Origin: a virus
Taxonomy: Duplodnaviria > Caudoviricetes
Virus record (IMG/VR): IMGVR_UViG_3300027754_000035
Direction: 5' to 3' (one strand)
DNA length: 64,000 nucleotides
A model generated the notes under the pieces. The model was not told the origin of the DNA, searched no databases, and was given only the letters and a program-made list of their open reading frames with translations. Made by a program: the position numbers and the translations under genes. Positions 8,343-20,100 of this stretch are shown piece by piece (within the stretch, counting starts at the first letter, position 1; the number at the start of each line of letters is the position of its first letter).

Positions 8343-10055
8343 ATGGCTGATTCATCTACCAACATTGAAAGATACGTTCAGACTCAAAATCCGTCTGGTC
8401 GTGGCAGCGACCCACTCAATTTAGTTGGAGCCAATCCAAACTTCCAACTTGCGGTTGTTGTTGATATCATTCTAAATGATCAACACCCATTCTTCAGTAA
8501 AGAAGCTGATAATCTGCGTTCAAAAGGACCTGTTACCGTGGGTCCACAACAGATTCCCGTAAACTACAACAACGATGTACCAAACAGCAGGGACATCGAT
8601 TATAGTTATATTGGTAGAGCCAAGATTCGTATTTTGGAATTGGAAAAAAAGACGCCTGTGGAAAAGTTGCCATGGGCAATTCCTCTGGATAATACCATTA
8701 CTCAATATCCATTGTTGAATGAACAAGTTTTGGTTTTGAAAGTAGGTGGAAATTTCTACTATACAAAACCGTTTAACAAATCCAACTTCGTTGGAGCCAA
8801 TGTTGATTATGTTACCGAAGAGTCGTTGAGCCAAGATCACACATCGGCATCACCGGTAAATCCCGATGCACTCCGCAAGAGTTATTTATCACATCCATAT
8901 TTCAAAGCTATAACCAAAACTGGTTATTTGGGCAACTACTTTATACTCAATCCTTTTATTCGTAGTGTTCGTAAATTTGAAGGTGACACTGTGGTCGAAA
9001 GTCGATTCGGTCAAAGCATCAGATTTACGGCGTATGACGTTGATAGAAACAATGATAAATCTACAAACCCATCATACGCACTCAACGCTAATCTGTTTAG
9101 AGAGTCAGTGAACGGTGGATATGGTAACCCAAGAATTATTTTGCGCAACAGACAGCGCAATATTGCGTTGGATAAGCCACAAAAATTACATCCAAAACTA
9201 CCACCAATCCCGGTGATAACTCCCCGTGAAAAAAACTACGGTGGACAAATTGAAGAAGACATTAACAACGACGGTACCACGGTTGAGATTAACAGTGGGC
9301 CTGCTGTGAGTAGATGGGTTACCACCGTATACAAAAGCATGTTTGGTGTTGGTAAAGATCAAAAACCAATGGAGGAACAACCGATGTTTAATCCACAAGG
9401 ATCAACATCATACCAGATGCCTACATTGAACGGTGATCAATTCATTCTTAATACAGATCGTATAGTGTTGAGTAGTCGGTTTGCAGAAACATTACACTTC
9501 AGCAAACGTCGGTATGGTATTGTTACGGATTCCGAATATACAGTTGATGCTAATGATCAGATTGTACTTACTACCAACCGAGCAGCGTGTTTGAATGCTC
9601 CGCAAATATTTTTGGGACAATACGGTGAAACCAACGAACCAGCTTTGATGGGGCAGACCACTGTGGATTGGTTGTATGATCTTTGTAATTGGTTATTGGA
9701 TCACGTTCATTGGCACCACCACGTACATCCACATCCCCATGGGCACGAAGATGCTGGTCAAATCGATAACACCAATACCAATGATGCAAATCCAGATCAA
9801 ACACAAATCCCCGTGCAACAGATCAAGCTAAAATTGTTGCGAGACAATCTTCACAAAACACTGAGTCGCCGTGTATTTCTTACAGGTGGTGGATATGCAC
9901 CTGGAGCCAATGGTGTTAAACCTATTGGTAGTGCTGGCGAATGTGTAGCACCAGTGCAAATCAACACGGTTACTGGTGAGGGTGTACTGGGCGAGTTCAA
10001 GGGTAGAAATCGTCGTGAAGGTCCAGTACAGATTGAATTTGAATTTGAAAATTAA
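8343..10055 (+). CDS. Baseplate hub / central spike protein (gp5/VgrG-like)
   Basis: OB-fold-like N-terminus (AVVVDIIL...IGRAKIR...YPLLNEQV), GDTVVESRFGQSIRF, beta-helix-like GDQFILNTDRIVL, and a C-terminal HxH array; lies upstream of gp25/gp6. Confidence 0.65.
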   Translation: MADSSTNIERYVQTQNPSGRGSDPLNLVGANPNFQLAVVVDIILNDQHPFFSKEADNLRSKGPVTVGPQQIPVNYNNDVPNSRDIDYSYIGRAKIRILELEKKTPVEKLPWAIPLDNTITQYPLLNEQVLVLKVGGNFYYTKPFNKSNFVGANVDYVTEESLSQDHTSASPVNPDALRKSYLSHPYFKAITKTGYLGNYFILNPFIRSVRKFEGDTVVESRFGQSIRFTAYDVDRNNDKSTNPSYALNANLFRESVNGGYGNPRIILRNRQRNIALDKPQKLHPKLPPIPVITPREKNYGGQIEEDINNDGTTVEINSGPAVSRWVTTVYKSMFGVGKDQKPMEEQPMFNPQGSTSYQMPTLNGDQFILNTDRIVLSSRFAETLHFSKRRYGIVTDSEYTVDANDQIVLTTNRAACLNAPQIFLGQYGETNEPALMGQTTVDWLYDLCNWLLDHVHWHHHVHPHPHGHEDAGQIDNTNTNDANPDQTQIPVQQIKLKLLRDNLHKTLSRRVFLTGGGYAPGANGVKPIGSAGECVAPVQINTVTGEGVLGEFKGRNRREGPVQIEFEFEN

Positions 10056-10061
10056 TATACT

Positions 10062-12002
10062 ATGGCAGACAAACTTGTAGATATTTTGGGATTTTTGCAA
10101 CCCGATTCTGGTAACAACTGGAGTGCTGGTATATTTTTGGATGGCAATGCCAAAATCATGTATGCGTTTGAAGATGCAACTGCCCCACTTCAAGATTTTA
10201 GCTTTTATGGTACCCTTTACAATGGTGCGGTGGCCATATCAGCATTAAATACTGGACCAAAGACGTATGCTGAACTATACAAGTATCTGAATGATCAAAA
10301 ATTGTTGCCCGATGTTCCGGACAAAAACAATCTACCACCGGTGATTGTTGGTTCCGCTGGACCAGACACCAACAAGCAGAACGTCATTGTCAACATCAAT
10401 AAAAGACCAATCTTTCAGCGTGTATATTATGCTAAATGGGCGTGTCTAAAAGAGTTGGAATCAACTAGACTTTCGCAGTATTTGTTTGATGTTGCTGAAA
10501 ATGTTCGCAGCTATGAAACCAGTTTGTTACGAGGTAAAGTGGCCGAGGCAAACTCCAGGGAAAACCAGTTTGCTGGAGATCTATTGGCGGGGTTGGAGGA
10601 GGTTTCAGACAATATCAAAAGTGGCCTGTGGGACAAAAATAAAATACCGGCGTGTTTTCTACCTGATCCAGACCCAGCACTATCTGGACCACCATCGCAA
10701 ACAATATATGGTACTATTAATTCAGCACCAACCGTTGATAACCCCAACATCAAACTACCATCATCCGAACCAAAACAATTGGACCCATCAAAGGCTTTGA
10801 GCGAGGTAAATAAAAAAGAAGATGACTTGGACAAAGCGATGGCCAAAAGCAGTGCGGATTTTGATAAGAAGATGTCGGATTCTGCTAACGAAACACCAAC
10901 ATCTTCAATCTCGGATCCAAATGCCGTAACTACCAGCACTGTTACTTCTACTAACACAGTTACATCCAAGGAAACTGTGACAGGCGGTGGTGTGACTGTA
11001 AGAACAAGCTTTGCATCAGAAGATCCTAGATCAAGAATGACATCGGCCGAGTTGGATGCTCTTCCAAATGGAGCGGGTCAGACTGAATTCAAGATACCAG
11101 GCAAGGATTCTGTAACAACTACCACCGATTCGATTTCATCTACAGTTAGTCAAGTCAAGACTCCAACTGGAACTGATGTAGTATCTAAGTTGAAAGTTGA
11201 CAGTAAGATAAAAGTAGAGACTCCAAAACTTCCAACTGTAGCAAAACCAAAGTTTGTCAAAGATGGTCTTGGAGACAACTGGAGTCCAGATAAATTCAAA
11301 CCAGAGACCATTGCTGGCAACACAAAATTTGTGGACCCCGCCACTGGAAATATTGGGTCAACAGAACAACTAGCTGCTGTAAATAATCTGAAGGGTTCTT
11401 TACCAGATTTTCCCAAGCCCAATATTCCGAGTTTGTCAGATTTTGCTCCCCCAACAAACATCACAAATGCGGATGCCGCATTGACCAAGTTAACGGGAGA
11501 AAACATAGGTTCACTAAATCCAAACTCAGCGATTCAGTCACCAAGCAGCTTGATTAAGGGAGCAACGGGAGGATTACTTGGTGGTGGATTGGGTGCTGGC
11601 ATTGGTGCGCTCGCCGGAGGTGGTAAGGGTGCTTTAATAGGTGGAGTAAGTGGAACAGCATTAGGTGCCGGTTTATCTGTTGGTGGTATTGGGGGTGGAT
11701 TATTAGCTGGTGCTGGCTTGGGTGGCGGTATTGGTGCGCTCGCCGGAGGTGGTAAAGGTGCAGCAATTGGTGCAATTACGGGTGGAGCGTTGGGTGGTGG
11801 TCTAGCAATGGGTGGTATTGGGGGTGGATCGTTGGGAGCCGCAGCAGCAAAATTGGCGTCTGTAAAGATTGGTATGCCAAAACCAAACATACCAAAACCA
11901 CCAAACGCACCCAGAATAAAAGTGGTAAAAATTAAACATCCTAGTGATATTAAGGGTGCTCAACAACTATTAAATTTGCAGAAATCGAAACTAGGTCAAT
12001 AA
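10062..12002 (+). CDS. Uncharacterised virion protein with duplicated glycine-zipper region
   Basis: Ser/Thr/Pro-rich middle section, two 43-aa Gly/Ala/Leu repeats, and a basic Pro-rich tail. Confidence 0.7.
   Translation: MADKLVDILGFLQPDSGNNWSAGIFLDGNAKIMYAFEDATAPLQDFSFYGTLYNGAVAISALNTGPKTYAELYKYLNDQKLLPDVPDKNNLPPVIVGSAGPDTNKQNVIVNINKRPIFQRVYYAKWACLKELESTRLSQYLFDVAENVRSYETSLLRGKVAEANSRENQFAGDLLAGLEEVSDNIKSGLWDKNKIPACFLPDPDPALSGPPSQTIYGTINSAPTVDNPNIKLPSSEPKQLDPSKALSEVNKKEDDLDKAMAKSSADFDKKMSDSANETPTSSISDPNAVTTSTVTSTNTVTSKETVTGGGVTVRTSFASEDPRSRMTSAELDALPNGAGQTEFKIPGKDSVTTTTDSISSTVSQVKTPTGTDVVSKLKVDSKIKVETPKLPTVAKPKFVKDGLGDNWSPDKFKPETIAGNTKFVDPATGNIGSTEQLAAVNNLKGSLPDFPKPNIPSLSDFAPPTNITNADAALTKLTGENIGSLNPNSAIQSPSSLIKGATGGLLGGGLGAGIGALAGGGKGALIGGVSGTALGAGLSVGGIGGGLLAGAGLGGGIGALAGGGKGAAIGAITGGALGGGLAMGGIGGGSLGAAAAKLASVKIGMPKPNIPKPPNAPRIKVVKIKHPSDIKGAQQLLNLQKSKLGQ
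11560..11850 (+). repeat. 129-nt (43-aa) tandem duplication encoding glycine zippers
   Basis: attggtgcgctcgccggaggtggtaa is identical at 11601 and 11730; ggtggtattgggggtggat at 11682 and 11811. Confidence 0.85.
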
Positions 12003-12012
12003 TTATAGATAT

Positions 12013-12453
12013 ATGAAAGCTGATCAACTCAAAGAATATATTGTTAAGATTGTAAGAAACGAGGTTAAAACTGTTATTCGTGAAGAAATTCGTGGATATT
12101 TGGCTGAAGCGTTTTCAAAACCATCAAATCAATTGGTGTCGGAATCAACAAAAACTTTTGTCGATGAATCCATGGATATATCGGAACTAGTGGAGTCGGT
12201 ACCAACCACACCTAAAAAGTTTATACAATATACCAAAAATCCTGTGTTGAATCAAATTCTTAATGAAACATCTGGTGGTGTGCCGCAGGAAGGTAGTCTT
12301 GTTTCCATGTTGGGTGGAGCCGAACGCAGCATAACTGAGTCTACTATTCCAGCTACGGCACCAGAACCAGTCAAGAAGGTTGCGGCGGCATTAACCCGAG
12401 ACTACAGTTCTTTGTTAAAAGCAGTTGAACAAAAGCGTGCTGGTAAGAAATAA
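12013..12453 (+). CDS. Hypothetical protein, possibly an internal head protein
   Basis: Several L/I-x-E-S/T motifs (LVSEST, LVESV, ILNETS, ITEST) resembling prohead protease sites. Confidence 0.6.
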   Translation: MKADQLKEYIVKIVRNEVKTVIREEIRGYLAEAFSKPSNQLVSESTKTFVDESMDISELVESVPTTPKKFIQYTKNPVLNQILNETSGGVPQEGSLVSMLGGAERSITESTIPATAPEPVKKVAAALTRDYSSLLKAVEQKRAGKK

Positions 12454-12458
12454 TACAT

Positions 12459-12860
12459 ATGGCTACTCAAGCACTTGGACTAAAATTGCCGATACAATTG
12501 GGTCAAAATGGTTATTTTGACACCAATACGGCCACTGTTGCCCAAGTTGCGGACAACATCAAGAATTTACTACAAACAATTCCGGGTGAACGTCGATTCA
12601 ATAATGAGTTTGGGTCGAGCCTTTATAGTTTATTGTTTCAGCAAAACGTGGTTGAAGTAAATAAAGATATTATTGTTGATGCTGTGCAACGTGATATTGA
12701 TCGTTGGTTGAATGGTGTATTGGTCAATGATGTAAAAGTGAAACTAGCGGTAGATCAACCACAGAATAATAATGAGAATTCTATATTTATAAGTGTGGTG
12801 TTTACATATAACAGATCTGCGGCCACTGTTGATGTAACACTCAATACCAATCGAATCTAA
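12459..12860 (+). CDS. gp25: Baseplate wedge subunit, gp25-like
   Basis: DNIKNLLQTIPGERRFNNEFGSSL is the GPW/gp25 motif. Confidence 0.9.
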   Translation: MATQALGLKLPIQLGQNGYFDTNTATVAQVADNIKNLLQTIPGERRFNNEFGSSLYSLLFQQNVVEVNKDIIVDAVQRDIDRWLNGVLVNDVKVKLAVDQPQNNNENSIFISVVFTYNRSAATVDVTLNTNRI

Positions 12861-14851
12861 TGTCACAAATAATCAATAAGACGTTTAAGGCAAATACGAA
12901 GGACGTTAGTTACGTCAATCGTGATTTTGCGTCTTTGAAACAACAACTGATTGACTTCACCAAACAGTACTATCCTCAAAACTATAAGGATTTTAGTGAA
13001 AGTTCGCCTGGACAAATTTTCATTGAGCAAGCGGCATACGTTGGTGACATACTTTCATATTACACCGATCAACAGTTCAAAGAGAGCTTTATACAATTTG
13101 CGACTGATCGTCGCAACATCATCAATCAAGCAAGATATCTTGGATACAAACCAAGAACCGCTGCTGCTGCTGTAACTGAGCTTGAGCTTTATCAGTTGTT
13201 GCCAGCAAAACGAGTTGGTACTTTGGATGCTACCTACGAACCAGATGAAAGCTATTGCTTGATTTTGAAACCATACACCGAATTCAGCAGTGTTTCGGGT
13301 GTCCCATTTTTAATAGACGATAGTGTTGATTTTAGCCAAGACACAGTATTCTCACCTCGACAAATTAGCATATACAGTCGTGATGAAACAGGTGCTCCTC
13401 AATTTTACTTAATCAAGAAGACCATAAAAGCATATTCTGGTCAATTAGTTACAAAACAAGTAAGTGTTGGTGCCGCAACTCCGTTTTTGCAAATAAAGTT
13501 GGATGCTGATAATGTGCTCAAGGTTGTAAGTGTTATTGATAGCAACAACAATAATTACTACGAAGTTGGTTATTTGGCTCAAGAGACTCTACCATTGGCG
13601 GTGGATAATGTTCCATTGACAAACCAAACTCTGTCAAAATACCGTTCTGAGACTCCAAAGTTGTTGAAGTATTTGCGAACGGAAAAGCGTTTCGTCACAA
13701 CAGTCGATGAAAACAACACCACCTATTTGCAATTTGGTGCAAACACCGAGAATTTTGATAACACGGTTGTGATTCCAAATCCAACTAACGTTGGTGTTAG
13801 TTTATCAAATCTAGGAAACCTCAACATCAGTTTGGATGGTACCAATGTATTAAAGAGCGATTCATATGGCGTATCCCCATCAAACACAACGCTCACCATC
13901 TCATATGTTGTTGGTGGTGGTTTGAATTCAAATGTTAATTCCAATGAGATCAACACAATTGCAGCAACAGACTATCTAAATGATACAAGTGGTCTTACTG
14001 ACAGTCAAATTTCTTTACTCAACAACATCAAGAATAGTCTACGAGTCAGCAATCCAAATGCCGCAACAGGTGGATCTGGTGCCGAGACAGATGAAGAAAT
14101 TCGTCAAAACGCAATAGCAAATTTTGCAACGCAAAATCGTATTGTAACTGAGGAAGATATGTTGTTGCGTATTTACTCAATGAGTCCACAATTTGGAAGT
14201 GTGGCAAAAGCATTTGTACAATCCAATGCGACTCGGCAAGTATCATACAATAATTTGATCACTGGTGTAATAAGTGGATCTGCTTCACAAAATGAAACTC
14301 TAAACTTGAGTCCTCTGAATCCGTTGGATCGTAGAAAGTTTTTGGAGAGCAACAATCCATTTACCAACAATCTGTATATTCTGGCATACAATTCCAACAA
14401 AAATCTTACGCAATGCAATGAGGCTACGTTGTTGAATCTTAAAAACTATTTGAGTCAATACAAGATTCTGACTGACAAATTCAATATGATTGATGGTTAC
14501 ATTATCAACATTGGTATTGACTTTAAGATCAGTGTATTTGCGGGTTTCAACAAACGTGATGTGCTAAATGCATCTATTGCATCAGTACAATCGTTTTTTA
14601 ACATTGACAATTGGGGTTTTAATCAACCAATCAATTTAAGTCAATTGATGTTTGAAATAATGAAAAATGAAGGCGTACAATCGGTGATAGACATTTCCAT
14701 CAAAAATCTCACAATTGACGATGGAGATTATTCGCCGATTGCTTATAACATCGACATTGCCACACAAAACAACATTGTGTATCCATCAAAAGATCCATCA
14801 ATCTTTGAGGTAAAATTTCCATCAACCGATATCAAAGGACTAGTGGTATAA
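12860..14851 (+). CDS. gp6: Baseplate wedge subunit, gp6-like
   Basis: YVNRDFASLKQQLI...YKDFSESSPG..FIEQAAYVGDILSYY, GGSGAETDEEIR, RIVTEED. Confidence 0.85.
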   Translation: MSQIINKTFKANTKDVSYVNRDFASLKQQLIDFTKQYYPQNYKDFSESSPGQIFIEQAAYVGDILSYYTDQQFKESFIQFATDRRNIINQARYLGYKPRTAAAAVTELELYQLLPAKRVGTLDATYEPDESYCLILKPYTEFSSVSGVPFLIDDSVDFSQDTVFSPRQISIYSRDETGAPQFYLIKKTIKAYSGQLVTKQVSVGAATPFLQIKLDADNVLKVVSVIDSNNNNYYEVGYLAQETLPLAVDNVPLTNQTLSKYRSETPKLLKYLRTEKRFVTTVDENNTTYLQFGANTENFDNTVVIPNPTNVGVSLSNLGNLNISLDGTNVLKSDSYGVSPSNTTLTISYVVGGGLNSNVNSNEINTIAATDYLNDTSGLTDSQISLLNNIKNSLRVSNPNAATGGSGAETDEEIRQNAIANFATQNRIVTEEDMLLRIYSMSPQFGSVAKAFVQSNATRQVSYNNLITGVISGSASQNETLNLSPLNPLDRRKFLESNNPFTNNLYILAYNSNKNLTQCNEATLLNLKNYLSQYKILTDKFNMIDGYIINIGIDFKISVFAGFNKRDVLNASIASVQSFFNIDNWGFNQPINLSQLMFEIMKNEGVQSVIDISIKNLTIDDGDYSPIAYNIDIATQNNIVYPSKDPSIFEVKFPSTDIKGLVV

Positions 14852-14852
14852 T

Positions 14853-16718
14853 ATGCATACGTTTATTTATCCATCTCAAGACACTTACCTCAACAACGCT
14901 TCTGCGTATAAAAACAAGAATTTTGGCATTGACGAAATTCTTGAAATCTATGCTTTGAATTATGGCAACAAGTTGGTGTATACCACGCCAAACTGGCACA
15001 CTCCGCCACAAAATAGCAGTTCATACGGCAATGAAGGTTGGTTGGCATACGACGGTAGTTGGTTGTACATATACTCTGGTAGCCAGTGGCGTAGTTTTCC
15101 AATTGATAATGGTGTTATTGGTGATGAATCCGCAATAGCCTACTTCACGGGAACAATATCAAACGTCACAACAAATCCTAAAAAGCCGTTGATGGTGTCT
15201 GGTTCTGCTGATCAGGCATATGGAAAGTTTAGCGGTAGCTATCAGTCTGTTGGAATAATTGATGTTAATGGAAAGTTAAGTACTGGCAGCTTCAATGGCA
15301 CCATAAAAACTGGGGCTACATTCTCCACACTAAAAGTAAATGGTCATACGTATACGACTTCACCTCTGACCAGTTCATTGGTTGGTAGCGGTAGCTTTCG
15401 TCAAGTAATTGGTAGATTATCAGCATCATCATGCACCGGAACAGGCCCGGCATGTGTAACCAATGGTACGTTTAGTGGAAGTTTTACAGCAAGCAATTTC
15501 AATGCGTATATATCCACACAAACATCTAGTCAACATTACTATGCCCATGTGACAAACTTCCAAGGTTATGTAATTGGTGAGTACACCGGATCATTTGCTC
15601 CGCCGGAAACTGCATATTTCTTGTTGAAACCTGAGTTTTCAAGAACAATGATTCAATTTGATACAACCAACATCAGTGAATCGATTGCCCGAAATCAATT
15701 ATCAAGTTCCAATATCAAATTCACACTGAATTTGACTGCGTGTGGTCAACGTAATCTGCCTCTGAACTATACTCTGTACGCATATCCTGTCAGCCAAAGC
15801 TGGAACAATGGCGATGGCCGCTGGGCAGATGGTGGTTCCTCTATGGGTGCGAGTTGGGACTTTAGAAATTATTCTGGTAGCGGTCAGTGGGTCAAGCCTA
15901 TGACTAGCAGCTATGAACAAGTGGACTATCTGCGTACTGCGTCGTATTCAAGTTCAGCATTCCAAAATGGTGGCGGAACTTGGTATTATTCTGTGCCTGG
16001 TGGTTATCAAAATAAAAAGCATTGGATTTGTAGCTCATCGTTCTTTAGACCGCTGCGGGGAACAAGTCTTATTTGTAGTCAGTCTTATACGCTTGGACAG
16101 CAGGGCGACATAACCATGGATGTTAGTAGAATTGTGCGTTCATGGTTGTGTGGATGCATACCAAATAACGGCATTATTCTAGCAACATCGTTAGAAATCA
16201 CAGTACCACCTGTTGATCAGACCAATGGGTTATTACAATATTTCAGTAAAGAGACCAACACAATTTACAGTCCATATATTGATGTTGCTTGGGATGACAC
16301 CAAGTTTGATAAGGGTAGTTTGGCACCAGTTACTGGTTCTGTAGAAAACCTTGTAACTCTACAACAACTCAAGGATGTATATAAAGCAGGCAGTTTACCA
16401 AAAGTATTTGTATTTGCTAGAGACAAATATCAACTTAAACAGTTTGCCAAGGCGTATCAACAACCATCCATGATCACGCCAAAATACTTACCAACATCTT
16501 CATATTTTATGATCAAAGATGCTGAGTCGGAGCAGGTTTTGATTGATTTCGATCGGTATTCAAAGTTGAGTTGTGATCCAAAGCAGGGAAATTATTTTAA
16601 GTTTGATACCACTGGATTGCCCCAAGAACGATATTTCAAGATATTTATAAAGGCAGAGTACCCAGATGGCACCGTTGACATAATCGACACAGCCAAGGTA
16701 TTCAAAATTATAAGATAA
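14853..16718 (+). CDS. Baseplate/tail structural protein (possible DNRLRE-like carbohydrate-binding fold)
   Basis: QDTYL...NFGIDEILEI...SRTMIQFD...LYAYPVSQSW...GASW pattern; Ser/Gly-rich insertion; position within the wedge operon. Confidence 0.5.
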   Translation: MHTFIYPSQDTYLNNASAYKNKNFGIDEILEIYALNYGNKLVYTTPNWHTPPQNSSSYGNEGWLAYDGSWLYIYSGSQWRSFPIDNGVIGDESAIAYFTGTISNVTTNPKKPLMVSGSADQAYGKFSGSYQSVGIIDVNGKLSTGSFNGTIKTGATFSTLKVNGHTYTTSPLTSSLVGSGSFRQVIGRLSASSCTGTGPACVTNGTFSGSFTASNFNAYISTQTSSQHYYAHVTNFQGYVIGEYTGSFAPPETAYFLLKPEFSRTMIQFDTTNISESIARNQLSSSNIKFTLNLTACGQRNLPLNYTLYAYPVSQSWNNGDGRWADGGSSMGASWDFRNYSGSGQWVKPMTSSYEQVDYLRTASYSSSAFQNGGGTWYYSVPGGYQNKKHWICSSSFFRPLRGTSLICSQSYTLGQQGDITMDVSRIVRSWLCGCIPNNGIILATSLEITVPPVDQTNGLLQYFSKETNTIYSPYIDVAWDDTKFDKGSLAPVTGSVENLVTLQQLKDVYKAGSLPKVFVFARDKYQLKQFAKAYQQPSMITPKYLPTSSYFMIKDAESEQVLIDFDRYSKLSCDPKQGNYFKFDTTGLPQERYFKIFIKAEYPDGTVDIIDTAKVFKIIR

Positions 16719-16719
16719 T

Positions 16720-17193
16720 ATGTCTGATATCGTGGTAGAATACAACGTAGGTCTACAGTCTCTACAGACCTTCAAAGATACTGGGGTATTTCCGAACAAT
16801 ATTGATTCGTTCGGAAACTTCCAACTCGTTTTTAACAACAACAAAACCACCGATGGTACGTATTATTATTCTAATATTGATCTAAAGACGTTGGAGTATA
16901 ATATTGATAAGATTGTTGATACCAATTCTACACAGTTTAACGAACTACAAACTCTAGAAACTGCGCCGACACAAGACATTGCCGTTGTATTGCAAAAATA
17001 CAATGAACAATTGGCTGAAAATCGCATTCTCAATGAGACGGTCAATAATTTGATTGAAAAGTATGAGAACAACGATGATAAACAAGTCATTGCGGCAATG
17101 AAAACTGAGATTATTGATCTGCGTATCAGTCTTGGTCAAGGAAAAGTACCATCTGACTTTAGCGATAACTTTCCATTTTTACCATTGATCTAA
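16720..17193 (+). CDS. Hypothetical baseplate-region protein
   Basis: Tightly packed ORF (1-nt gaps) between structural genes. Confidence 0.7.
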   Translation: MSDIVVEYNVGLQSLQTFKDTGVFPNNIDSFGNFQLVFNNNKTTDGTYYYSNIDLKTLEYNIDKIVDTNSTQFNELQTLETAPTQDIAVVLQKYNEQLAENRILNETVNNLIEKYENNDDKQVIAAMKTEIIDLRISLGQGKVPSDFSDNFPFLPLI

Positions 17194-17194
17194 T

Positions 17195-20100
17195 ATGCCA
17201 TATAGTTATCTAACATTTGACGACACCAGTTTGAACAGTGGTATTGCTAGCGGTTCATACTTTCCCCAAAACTTGCAGGAGCTTTACGAGCAAAAGTTCG
17301 TGAATAAGGAAAGATATTTCGGCACCGCTGATAGTGATTTAATTGAATTTAGTTTATATAATAGTGCCCAAGAAGTTGTTGCATTCAATCGTGTAGTACC
17401 AACCGTATCATATTCGGTAATTAGTGGTACATATTACGATATCAATAACAAGCTTTCCTATTATAACTTTGCCAAGCCATTTACCAACTTTGTAAAGTAC
17501 AACAACGAGTTGTTGCTCAATACACAGAACAACTTGAAGAAGGTTCAGATTTCGCCAGGGTTGTATTATGTACTCTACAATTTTGTTAGAAATGTTGCTG
17601 GTAACAACAAAAACAAATTAGTCATCAAGGAAATCAGTCCGAGCAGAACTGAACTAAGATTGTCGTTTGCGTTTAATCCAACACTATCAGCAAATGGTGC
17701 TTTGGATGCTACCAAGACATCAGCCTTTGCAGACAAGAAGTATCTGTTTCTTCAAATCTCCACGTTGGTAAATCAAGTTATCGATAACAATCCGATTTCT
17801 CAAAATTTTGTCAACAACACGGGCAATTTTAATTATGTAAAAATTGCACAAAATCTTGGACTGAAAAGTACTGCCGAGTTGCAAACGTTTATCAACGACA
17901 CTTACATTGGCTTTGATAAAATACAAAATTTATCGACGGTCGTTGATCAAACAATTCTGCAAACGTCCAAATTTATTGGTATTGATGACCAACTCAAGAA
18001 TTTCACATACACATACAACTCAACTGAATTCAGCGAGGCAGATATTTTATTGGCATTCAAGACGATTGTGACTAAAGTGTCTCAAGATCGCATTTTGCAA
18101 AAAACCAGCATCAATTCTGTTCAACTGCAAAATATTTTGGATCTGTTTGTCAAGGTGATTTACACCGATTGGTTGTTGCCACAGATGACGATGTTGTTGG
18201 ATGACTACGCCAATAGATTCTTTGGTTTGTACAAAAATGCTTTGAATTTTGATAGCGGTGAGTTGATCAAGATTTTGACGCACACCAGTTATCTGAATCC
18301 TGCTGACGGTCGCACAAATGTTCAGATCAAGCTGGATGCACCACTGCCTTTGAACTTTGATGTTCAGACCACATGTTGGATATCCAACATCTCAATTGCA
18401 CCAGTATATTTCAAGACCAACTTGTTTGTTGATCCAATCAGCCGCAAAGTGTATTTGAATGGTGTTAATTTTGATGTTGTGGTTGATACCGCAAATCCAA
18501 CCAACGACAAATTTGCAAATCATACTGTTGATACATTAACAAGTGCCAAGGCAAATCTTCAACAAAAAATCAATGATCTTTTGATTGACTACGATGCATT
18601 TAACAATTTTATCGTATACAGTTCTGCCGAGTTACGAACCAAGATTGCCAAAAACAAAATTCTTGAGTATAACAAGAAGGAAAATCAGAAGAATGCTATA
18701 GCAGCTAGGGCTGACTCTGCAAACTCTACCATCAGTGCATCATATTCATTGGAAAAACAATCCTTGGTGCAGGATCAAATAAACCTTCTGACATCGTTTG
18801 ATGAGTATGAGTCGTACTTGTTTTTTAATACATCAAGTATCGATGATAAAATTGCGGATGGTGTTGCGTATGATAAAGATAATCTGGACAGCTTGATTAA
18901 TCAACTTCCTGCGTATATCCAAGAGGACGGTAACTCAGCCGATTATCTGAAATTTACGTCGATGGTTGGACATTTCTTTGATAACATCTTGGTGTATATA
19001 AAGAAGTTTCCGAAGACATATCCATTGGGGGTTTCGGAACTGAGTGATTATCCAAAAAATTTCTTGGACGAGTTGCTCAATTCGTTTAGTTGGAACACCA
19101 ACAATTTCAAGCTACAAAACAGTGATCTTACCCAGTATTTGTTTAATCAGTCACAAGCAAGCGGATCTTTGTCGAGTTCATATTTTGACTACGGTAAAAC
19201 ATTACTGAATCGATTCGCCAACAACCTACCATACATCTACAAGACCAAGGGTACGGCAACATCATTGGAGTTGTTGACATCATTGTTTGGTATTCCATCA
19301 GAGTTGATCCAGATTCGTGAATATGGTAGCACCGATGTTAATGTAAACCGTGTCAATTATTTTGACTACGATGATGTTTTGTATCTAACCAAGCTAGATT
19401 CAAACAAGTATCTAACGTTTAACTACACTGGTAGTGAGTACAAGTATGTGGTGAATAGCCCATATACTATTACAAATCCAAGTTTGACCACACCGGATAC
19501 AATTATTTCACTCACATCATCCCGTGGTGAAGTGGAAGAATTCTCTGGCTTCAATACATTTGAAGGAACGTTTAGATTCAAGAGCAACAACTACTACGCC
19601 GATCAAAAGATTCCCGTTGTGAAGAAAGTTCGCAATGGTAAAATTGATTGGTTTGTTTATATCAAAAAAACAAAACAAACTGACTCTGGAATATTGGTAT
19701 TTGACTTTCACCCAGACACAGGATTGGCTTCCACAAATTTCACATCAAGTCTCAAAACAGACGAGTTGCCATTTTTGAATGGAAATATGTTTACGTTCAT
19801 GGTGACCCGTGACTTTTTGCCTGGTGCTACTTATGACACTTTGCCAAATGTTGTGAATGCAACAGCACCAATTACTTATACCATTGGTGCTACAACTTAC
19901 ACAGCTATAACTTCATCGTACACATCTTCAAATTCGGCAAAGTTTGCTCCGCTAAACTACACGTTGAGTGTAAATCAGTATGAAGGTTCACTATTAAACT
20001 TTCACAGTGAGCGCACTCGCACACTGACGTTTGCACAAAATCAGTATTTCTCATCTGGCAGCTATTATATTGGTAACTACAATAGCAATGTTGAGTTTCG

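Noticed and set aside
12459-12860. 'Lysozyme' function for the gp25-like protein
   Set aside because: The gp25 family label is historical; the protein is a structural sheath-initiating wedge subunit and no catalytic motif is visible.
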